Shown here: positions 27,253 through 36,686 of the stretch, in pieces
How positions within the stretch are numbered: position 1 is the first letter of the stretch
Layout: each line of letters begins with the position of its first letter
From: Gonapodya sp. JEL0774
Taxonomy: Eukaryota
Assembly (NCBI GenBank): GCA_027604505.1
Contig: JADIIX010000019.1
Coordinates: forward strand, 186,001-222,686
Length of the DNA: 36,686 bases
Reading direction: 5' to 3'
The notes under the pieces: generated by a model
What the model saw: only the letters and a program-made list of their open reading frames with translations
What the model was told of the DNA's origin: nothing
The model's database searches: none
Translations under genes and position numbers: made by a program

Positions 27253-29864
27253 TCAATAGATCTCTTTCTCTCCTTCCATATCCCTGAATTTGTTGATCGC
27301 CTCCTTCTCTTGCTCCTGACCGATGCTGGGTGTTGGGGCGACTATCTTTTCATCAATCATCTCTATCCCCGCCCTCCACCTCCACTCCGCCCACTCAATT
27401 GTGTACAAATAGCTGGTGGATAGCCAGAAGCGTGGCACGGTGGGTTCCTTCAAGGATGGGTGGTGGAGCAGTTCGAGGCGGCGGAGCAAGAGCGAGAAGC
27501 CAGGGTTCGGGCTGTGAGGTGGACGAAAAACAAATTGAAAATGTATGATTCAACACGAAGGCCAAGCCATCACAGCACCTACCGCACTATTGGCCTCCTA
27601 TCAAACACGTGCCTAAATGCGCTTTCGAGTGTCATTTTGCGACGGCTAATCAGGTACGCAAGTACGCAAGTGGCTGAGCGGGACACTCCGGCGTGGCAGT
27701 GAACGAGGACTAAATTAGCGATAGTTTGTGCGTGTAAAGGAAATAAAGAAGGAAGGCGCAGGTTGGTTGGGGACAACCGGCCATAATGAGCACGAATGAA
27801 AACTTACCTCGACCACTCATGCCACTTTCCTCATCAACAATTCTGGCTACTTCCTCGACGACACCCGCCATATCTTCTCCCGGACTGTCCTCAACATCCC
27901 AGTCAAGGACACGAACACGCTTCCCGTTCCTGAGTGTGGTTGGCGGTGCTACATCAAACCTCCCAAGCCGCACTACCGTGGTGATACCAAATCTTTCGAG
28001 AAGAATTGGGTGGGCGCTGTGGAGAGATCCAAGGTACAACTGGGGGAGAATAAGTACGGGAGGGTCAAGGAGGGTTGGTGGTGGCGTGTACCAAACTGTG
28101 TGACAGACAAAGACGGTAAGGTACTCGGAATCAAATGACGAATCCGGGCTTCTCAAGCAGGACGCCGAAGTGTAACATACCTGCATCTACCATCCGATCT
28201 TGGCGACGACGCAAAGCCGCGGACATTTCCGCAACAGTCCGCCCACGGAGAGTGGGTGGATGATGTGGGGGATTCGGCTCAAGTTTACATGAAGTTGGCA
28301 CATGACATTGGGTCGTGTCCTCGCCGCACCCAAGATCCTGGTGAGCTTCCCCTTGCAGCCTTACGTCGCCACATGCCTCAATTTCCAATTCTTCTTCGCG
28401 CGAATCACGGATACATTGGGTGGGGTCCGCAGGCGAGAATAGATTGGGCTGAGATACCCGAAGTGCCTCCATACCACCAACAAGCCAGTATGTGGGGCGT
28501 GGAGTGACGAGGCGCGACGTGGCATAGTCACACTGCGCATCTTTCATGTCCAAAGGCGTGCTAATGTTAGTTGATGCACGCTCCTCGGTGTCTACTGTAG
28601 CCTGAGACATTGCCATGTCCGCAAACACTTCCGCAATTCGCATAGCCCAACCACCCCAGGTACCCACTTCATCGACCACAACGAGAGCGCGGAGTTCTGG
28701 GTCGGCAATACGAAGATAGTGGGGGTCCTCGCATGCCGGGAGGCCTGAGTTTGGGTGGTGAAGTAGGTGGAGGAGGGGAGGAAGCGTAAGAGAGGATAAG
28801 ACACATTCACGTGTAGGCGAAGTCGGTGAAAGAGCTGAGTCGTCGTCCTCAAATCTGAGGGATGAGTCAGTACCGTGAGGATTCCACGAAGAAGGGATGG
28901 GAAGCAGTGGGGAGAATGGGGCAGGCGGAATCGGGCGAAGGAGAATGTGCGTAGGTCGTGCAGTGCCCAGTGTAGATTGTGAGGAGGACAATGAGGGCGT
29001 AGGAGAGGTCGATGGAGAAGGGGGCACTGTCGTGGTGGGAGATGATGAAGACAACGACAAGGATGTAGTCGAGACGGGGCGGCGGGGAGTTGGTCTTGCA
29101 GTGGTTCGTGAGCGGGAGAGATTTTCACATTCCGAAGGAGGGAATTGAAGCTCAGGTTCCCAACCGGAGTCTACTCGTTTGAGTCGAGGATCGAACAACG
29201 TATCAAGTGAGTGATGATTTCCGGTCAGCTCGGATTCCGGGAATGAAGAGTCAGAAGTAAGAACAGTGACAAGGTCACCATTGACGATGCATGGATCGCC
29301 ATGAACGTTGCCAAATGAAGACGAAGGTAACAGGTTTCTGATGTGAGAGAGCAAGGGCAATCTGCGAGCACCAGGGAACGCCGAATCCGAATCCATGTTG
29401 GGAGCTGATGAAGATGCATCTATGATGAGGGTGTGAAGGAATGACGTGTTGAGGAGATTGAGGAGAGATTGTGCGGCTATGGGAATCGCTGGAGAGTTTG
29501 GAGCGGACGCAGGATCCGGTGTTGAAGGCGGAGATGAAAATAACACTTCGGAAAGATGGTGTGAAGAGGGATTTTCGTGATCTGATGTGGATTGGAGTGA
29601 CGATGACATGCGGTGGGTTCTAGCAGGGTCCCCGGCATCCCGCCCAGTTGCATCTGGTGCCTTGTTTCCATCAACTTCAACTTCATCATCTCCTTCACAA
29701 ACATCCTTTCTGCTTGCATTTATGAACTCGTGTTGTCCCTTGTTGTTTGATCTCCGTGGTGGATTGACAAACCAAACATCTCGAGCTCCCACGACCGAAT
29801 CGGCACCGTCAATCAACAATGCCCCAGTAGTCCCTGCTTCGTCCATAAAATTATTTGGGTTCAT
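27253..29864 (-). CDS. Dual-specificity protein phosphatase with N-terminal rhodanese-like elements (MAP kinase phosphatase-like), multi-exon
   Basis: ILPQLYLGS, VEDSPGEDM (general acid), VLVHCHAGVSRSATCVLAYL (HCxxGxSR signature) and PNPGF. The N-terminal exon carries LIIDA..FPGA and YWLVGGMEAL. Confidence 0.88.
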
Positions 29865-30721
29865 CTTTCGTCGTGCGTTTGATAGTTTTCTGTGTCAAAC
29901 CAAGAAGACTTCAAACAGGTTGATTTGGATTTCACCTCCAACCACGGCCTATTTCAATCCTTACCAGCATCGACTTTGCGCTCTTCGGTACGTCACCTGA
30001 TTTGCAGCAGTAACTTCTGTGGACTCGTTGCGATGTTGGTGTGGGTTCAATGGGTTCGTACAAGATTGATTTGTGGGTCAGTGGACCCTTGACAGGCAAG
30101 ATTTTTTTTGCATTACTCATTCATTTTCACAACCGCAAAACAGATATACGAACTCGAAGTGCCCGTAGCACGTACCACGAAGAGTTTTTTGTTCAGAATC
30201 TGCGCTGCACAATAAGGGACCTGTCGGATATTCAGGACGCGAGAGAGGCATAAATAAATCTTTGAAAGGAGAAGGCGAGTTCATTCACCACTATAGATCA
30301 TCCATGAAAATAAATGTATTGTATTAGTGATGCCGATGAGGTGACACTTGCTATGATCAGAAAATAGTGGAAAGATTCCACAGCATGTTGGAGATGTCTA
30401 AACCGGGAAGATGCTTATGTAAAGATTCATATTGCCTTATAGCCCCAAGAACTACATTGGCTGGATAATGAGAACGACGGCGAAAACCTTGGTTAGAGGC
30501 CCGGCTAAACTATTGATCCCACGGGTATTGGTGGGGAATTGCTGAGAATGAGCAAACTAATTCATCGATTGGAATCATCTCGCACTTCACGGAATATGTC
30601 CAGATGGCGTCTGTAGTACAACTACCACGTATGCGCAAACGGTGCTGCAACCCACATCGGCTCTTCTTCGCATCTGCAGAGCAAATTTTGACCGAAATCT
30701 CATTACATCAATGAGCCTCTG

Positions 30722-32696
30722 TCACCACATGCCTCTACCCCTCCCATAGTATGCTCTCGCCCTCCCACCCCCCTGACCGCGTACAGACGGGTTACCCACT
30801 TCCGCACCATCTCTTGCTGACACGGGCGCTACCAAAGATGGATAGAATGGTGGAGAAAAGTTGTCTGCATGTGAAGTGGAAGGTGTTGATTCTGTTCGAG
30901 AAGCTGAGCGTGCAGATATCTGCCGAGACTGCTGTGGAGGGGGGGGAGTGGTAACCGCTCCCTCCACCACCTTCCCACTACTTGCGGGACTGCCTTGCCC
31001 TCCAAAGCCCCTCCCGCCCCCCCTGCCAGCTTGAGCCATCGCCTGAGCCAGAATCCTTCCCCGGCCGCCCGTCGCTATCCCTCCACGCATCGCGGTCCGT
31101 GAAGGCCGGGACGCAATGGGTGCTGCTTGCTGTGCGGAATGTAGAGGACTCGAGGTTAGCTCAGAAGAAGACGGATCGGACTGTGGAGAGGCGGAAGCGC
31201 GCGGGGATCGCGAGGAGGCTTCGTTCTCACGATGCTTCTGGGAGGAAGAAGGAGGGTCAGACAGCGACACTGCGGGTGTCGTGGTGACTCGCTCCATAGT
31301 TGCGAATAGTGGTGGAGCCCGAGAGTTCTCGTCAGCAGCTGACTGAATAGATGCGTTCAGACCGGCAGATTGGCCGGCTGCAAATGCCGTAGGTCCGCCA
31401 ATTGCAGCGCTTCTACCCCCACGTCCACGGCGACTTTCGCCATTTGAGAGGTTGGACGAAGTCAGTGGCGGTGCTGTGACGGAATTCAATGCAGCAGACG
31501 CAACGACGGGAGGGGTTTCGGTGCGCTTTTCGAGTAGTTTGGGGGGATTTGTGGGGCCTGACTCCAACAAGGTTCCCTGTCCTCCTCCTGCTCCGCCCTG
31601 CTTGCCTCTCCCAAATCCATTCGATTTTGCAGATCTTGGTGATCCTGGAGGTGTACTCTTGGGCTTCGGTGACCCTGGAGGGGTGCTTTTCTCCTTAGCT
31701 CTCTCCCGCGCACGATCTCTCCCGCTTCCCTTCTCAGACTCCTTCTCCTTCTTCCCCACCCCTGTCACAGAACTACTAGGTTTCTCTTTGAGAGCGATCT
31801 TCTTTGCTTGTGCGGCCTCACGTTTGGCTCGAATGGCGAGGATCAGTGGCGTAACTCCGCCCGGAGGATGGACGCTGTGAGGGGGAGCAGCTACGGTAGA
31901 TGCGTCCACGGTCCCTACTACACCAGCCAGTCCTGCTGTTGCAGCTCCCGCGGCAGAGTCGCTAGTGCTCACAAAGGTCCCTCCAGAACTTCCTCCCTGC
32001 GTCTGCCTTTCAAGCTGCTCAAGAAACGCAAGGTAGTCTGCGTCACGATCGACCGTGTTTTGGCGAGGATCAACTCTCCGCGGTTTCTTCGCTGATGTCG
32101 CGGAGGGGGGTACACGTTGAAAAGGACTGAACTCGACGATCGCGCGAAAGTGGTTTCCCTTTGAATCTATGAAGGAGTGGCCATCAAAGTTGCGTGCAAA
32201 GTCCACGAGAGCATCGAGGGAATTGAAGTTGAGGTAGGCGCGGGAAAGAGTTGGTTCTTTGGAGCGACTGGCGACGATCACGGTTAGTCGGGAAGGGACC
32301 ATTCAACCACCACACTTGTGGGCTACACGAAAAGTAAGACCTAGATCGTCGCCAAGAGTGCTCAGAGTTCGTTTTCTTGACGAACTCTTTTCCTTCGCTC
32401 CATCGGACATCTCCGTCTCGCCACTCAAACACTCACTTTGTGGATACCTTTCCCAGAACGTATACCTTCCAGTCCACATGCGGCATCCATGTCTCTACCG
32501 CACCCCAGAAAATGCTTTCTGGCAAATTGGGAGGCAGCCTCCGAACCACTACCTTTGTCTTAGCCTTCGTTTTTCCCGACTGTTTGTGCGGACGAGGAGC
32601 AGCAAGACTAGAAGAGTTCAACAAAGGTATCGACACGGGAGCTGTAGCTGCCACCGGGCCCGGAGCAGTAGGCGGGCGCGCGGTAACGTCATCCAT
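30722..32696 (-). CDS. UPF3: Nonsense-mediated decay factor UPF3 (Smg4/UPF3 RRM-like domain plus low-complexity RG-rich tail)
   Basis: KTKVVVRRLPPNL, SRAYLNF, FDGHSFIDSKG...AIVEFSPFQRVP and DPRQNTVDRDADYLAFLEQL are the Smg4/UPF3 domain signature. One intron lies between the two ORF-track segments. Confidence 0.92.
31635..31693 (-). repeat. Imperfect 30-bp tandem duplication inside UPF3 encoding KSTPPGSP twice
   Basis: GGTGATCCTGGAGGTGTACT at 31638 and GGTGACCCTGGAGGGGTGCT at 31668 (period 30). The protein reads KSTPPGSPKP-KSTPPGSPRS. Confidence 0.75.
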
Positions 32697-32911
32697 CTGA
32701 ACTTCTGAATGGGCCAGCTGGGTAACCCCTGCCTGGCCGCCGTCCCCCACATTTATTCTCGCACACACAATCCAAATTGAAATACCTGCCAATATGCTCA
32801 ACGAAAAACGACCGCCATTAATAGGGTATTGAGTGTTTTATCTCAAATCGTGTGCGTATCGAGGTATCGGCCACAAAACTTGGTTATCTCCATGCCAAAA
32901 CGATGAGTTCC

Positions 32912-35900
32912 TTACACCTTCCCATTCACCACCACGTGCACACTTGTCGCACTTTCGTGAGCCCTCTCCAAACCCCTTCTCGGCGGCCACATGTTGTCGC
33001 CAAGAACTCCATCTACATCATGTGTGATCTCCGGTTCACTCTTTGTACTGCGAGCCCCACATGGATGAGATCCGCAGTTACCGGTTGAGCTTTGATGCTC
33101 AGGAGAATAGGTCGATTGACTCTTCTTGTGAGAAGTGGTGGCCAGAACCGCGACCCCCATCAGAACGAAGACCATCCCGGTGCATAGAATCAGCGTCTGG
33201 AGAGAAGTAATCCCAGGTTGGCCCGTTAGTGAAACAGAGATAACCACTTGGGTTGGGAGGCCTTGCAATACATGTTTGACTTCAAATTTTCACGCGGGCA
33301 GCTTCAAGTTGACCCACCTGGCAACACATACGCCGCGAAAAACACTGGTACCGCAACAAGAGGCGTCGCCAGTGGCAAGGCTCGTCCCAAGGCAGAAAGT
33401 TGGATAAGCACAGTGAGGAGAAGGAAGAGGAGAACACAAATGGTAAGCACTGGGTGGGGTGGTGGATGGAGAACGGTTGGTGAATGCAGGAACGTCGAGA
33501 GAAGGTCCATCCTGCGGCGAAGAGTGGTGTGTGCATCAAAACATTATTTGCTTCGCAATTAGATTCAATGGCATCGATGTGCTCAAACTCACGTATGTCT
33601 GCCCACCACCAATGTCTCACTTGCGGCAAAACCTCCTGCCACCGCGAAGCCAACGCCTATGCCTCTCTCCAAACCCTCCACCTTCCCAAACCAGTCTCCC
33701 AGACCGACTTCGCCGGCAACTTCGTTCAGCCAAAGACGCCACCCATCTTCAGCAAAGGCATCCTTGCGAAAACCTGCAAGCCGACGGACAAACCGAAGCC
33801 ACGGATAAGTGCGCAACTGAACGCGGGTCAGGTATAAGTAAGTCGCAAGTAGGTACAAGGAGATCGAAATCGACAAGAGGAGGAGGAACCAGGTGAGAAA
33901 CAATGGGTGAGTGTACAGAGCGGGGAGGAGATTCGCAGATGGGCCTATGGATGGTGTGAATTTTACGCTGGGAAGAGAGAACGGAAAGAGTTGCCTGCCT
34001 CACTCTGCCCTGTGTCTCCTCCTCCGAATCCACATACCACACTCCCTAAAACCACAGAAACGGTGCCAACCACATCCCTCCAACCTACCCTTCCGCCATT
34101 GATTAGCCATGCGAACAGGGCATTAAAAATGAGGCTCAAACTCGAAAGAGGGGCCATTAGCAGAGGACCGAGGTAAGGCAGCGTGATAGCTGTGAGAATG
34201 GACTGTGACGACACGTAAAGCAGAAGACCAGCGATGAAATGCCAGTGGAACGGTTTCTCGACCACCGAAAATCCAGATTTGGAACGATGTGCTGCTTTTC
34301 GATGGCCGGAGCGTGTTGCGTGAGGAATACTGCCGTTTGCGAGGGTCTGGCTGGGGGAAGCTGGGAAGGTTGGATACGGAGTTGCCGGAGTTGCTAGTGT
34401 AATTTCGGATTCTGGTGGTGGTGCCTTCCTCGAGTGTGGGGTAGTAACGACAAGAGGACCACGGTTGCGGCGTTTGGAGGGGCGTGGAAATGGTGAATTG
34501 GGAGCTGAAAGGAGCGGGGTGGTTTCAGTGGGAGGGGAGAAGTATTCGTCGTGGTTGATGTCTCGAAGCGGTTCGGTCTCACGATGCTCTCGGTCAAAGT
34601 ACGAGACATTTTGCTCATGTTCGAATACGATCTCACGAGGTTCTTCCTCCACCTCAGATTCTGAGCGGTCTGCCGAATACGTTTCCGCGCCATCATCGCC
34701 CTCGTCAGACATGGACGAGTGCGCACTCTGGCACTCAACTTCGGCAAGCCTGCTTGAATCATTACTGCCATCTGACATGGATAGATCAGATTCCGCGCAA
34801 GGGGTTACCGTGGAGGAATCCGAGAATGTTGGGGGTGCAGAGCCAGGAGGATGACTGGGAGCGATGGGGAAGGAGGAACTTCGGTTTGAGGAGGTTTCTG
34901 GTAGTCGTGGCGATGTAGCGATTGGAGTGGAGTGGGGAGGCAGGGAGCATGGAGTAGCGTTGAAGTCAGGTTCGGAGGTGTCTGGAGATGGTGGGATGGT
35001 GTCAGGTTCCGCGACTTCAGACGGAGGAGATGCGATTCGAATAGAAATTTGAGAGGTGGTAAGGTAATTTGGCAGATCTGATTCAGCTAGGGCCGTGTTT
35101 GAAATTTCTGCGATGTCTTCTCGAATCCATGGAGGGGAGGCTGGTGTCTCCAGAGCTTCCTCTACAACAGAAACCGGAGTAGATGCAGTCCAGTTGGAAA
35201 CAGCCCTCAAGATACCACCCATAAAGGAGCCATTGACAGGTGCCGCAATCGGAGGCAAGGTGAATGACTCAATATCGCGAGGGTCATGCCTCAAAGCGGT
35301 TGGTGGGCGTTGGCTTCTGGAATACAGTTCGGCAGTTTTAAACGCGTTGCCCACACCTATAGAAGCATGCTTTGTTGTCAGTGGGGAGTCTGGCGAATGT
35401 AAATCCTCTGAGTCGGACAAATGGACGTGAGCGGTGTTGAGTGCCAAACCTAACGGATGCGGGGTGGATAGTGGGGGAATATACGTGGGTGGCAGGGGAG
35501 GGGACTCCGCTTGTGACAGCTGTGGACTTTGCGCTTGCTGATGGGGGGGTTCTTGAGGCTCGCTGTCAAATCCACCCGAAGCATCTCGTGACAGGCTGGT
35601 GCCATTGTTGCGTAACACTGGCTCCTGAACTCCTCGCTCCGACTGAAGGTGAGTGGGACTATTTATGCTGCTTCCCACATGTCGGCGAGGCCTCTTTCCG
35701 CTGGATTTATTCCCACCAATGCGGCTTCTAGTCCGTGATGCTTTCAGTGTTGCCCGGAGAACTTTCCACCGCTTTTTGGCGAGTGGTGTCTGTTCACGGA
35801 TAGCACCCCAAGCCTGGAGACTAACACAACGTACGGTAAGATCGACGCAGAAGAGAGGAACATGAGAGCGAGAACGTATTAACAGGGCACAAAGGTGAGG

Positions 35901-35994
35901 CGTCATGGAAACAGTCATTTGCCTACTTGAGACCGAGCGCGGAGCACGCCGACGTGAGGATTGACAAAAGTATTCCCACACGCAGGTCAGACAT
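32912..35994 (-). CDS. NIPA-like (DUF803, DMT superfamily) putative Mg2+ transporter with a very large low-complexity loop, multi-exon
   Basis: Exon 35994-35927 spliced to 35820 gives MSDLRVGILLSILTSACSALGLNLQAW (NIPA-type TM1). Later exons give FIAGLLLY..LMAPLSSLSLIFNALFAWL..RDVVGTVSVVLG, QLSALGRAL..TPLVAVPVFFAAY and GMVFVLMGVAVLA. Confidence 0.78.
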
Positions 35995-36686
35995 GGCCAA
36001 ATTACGTAGGGAGAAGAGTGGAGCTGTCGAATTGCTGCCCAACGATGAGAGCCTCAAGCAGGTCCGTCCATGTCAAGAACTGCGTTACATATCAGATCAC
36101 TCCTCAAACAAAACAGACCCACAGATTCTCAATCAAATATAATAACATGCCGGCACCACCAGTGAAATCCAAGAACTCTCCGCATCATTACACTAATATA
36201 AGTTGGTTGATTGTGGGAACTTTATTCTGTAAAGAAAGCAATAATAGTTATTAGTCAGCTGTTGGGAGAATGGCCTACTAATCGGGTCACAACATATCTC
36301 TGGTGCGAACACAAAATCTTGAGAATGGAGTCAAATGCAAACACTCCTTCATGTGCTCCCACATCCCTCTCTGCTGGTAGCTTAGAGCGCACTGCACACA
36401 CTCTGACCAATAGTGTAGTATACTAAGAACATACAATAGGGAATAAGACTTCTAGACTAACAATTCAAGCCCATTGAGTAGAGAGAGTGGTGGGGTGGCT
36501 GAGCGGTCAGTGGGTACCTGACTTGCACATTGTAGTGGGGCTGTCACTACGTATCGGTCTCAGCCCTCTATGACGGGATGGTGGCCTAGTGATAGGCCTA
36601 GAGTGTGAGATGGTGTGAAGTGTGTTCATATTATGTGGTGCTAGTTGTGCCTTATATGCATGTGTAGGCTGTGGTCATGTGCAAGG

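Overview
Gene-dense, intron-rich eukaryotic DNA with short GT-AG introns and intergenic gaps mostly 60-850 bp. A CFAP58-like flagellar gene alongside fungal-type genes points to a zoosporic, early-diverging fungus (inference). By splicing exons by hand I support about 14 protein-coding genes, left to right: a gene start at the left edge, a DHA2-type MFS transporter, a sterol desaturase/hydroxylase, a CFAP58-like coiled-coil protein, a TauD/clavaminate-synthase-like Fe(II)/2OG dioxygenase, a cysteine-synthase-family PLP enzyme, an Hva1/DUF2945-like small protein, a full-length ABCB-fold transporter, a small 8-Cys type I membrane protein, a SERCA Ca2+-ATPase, an ABHD10-like hydrolase, a rhodanese+DSP phosphatase, UPF3 and a NIPA-like transporter. 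I found no convincing tRNA, rRNA, CRISPR array or transposon. The most interesting signals are: (1) an intact ABCB protein in which both nucleotide-binding domains have lost essentially all ATPase motifs; (2) a cysteine-synthase-like gene and a dioxygenase gene in tandem only 61-109 bp apart, with a possible in-frame fusion splice; (3) a CFEM-like surface protein and an Hva1-like protein, both fragmented by micro-exons in the ORF track. Family calls come from motif recognition, not database searches.
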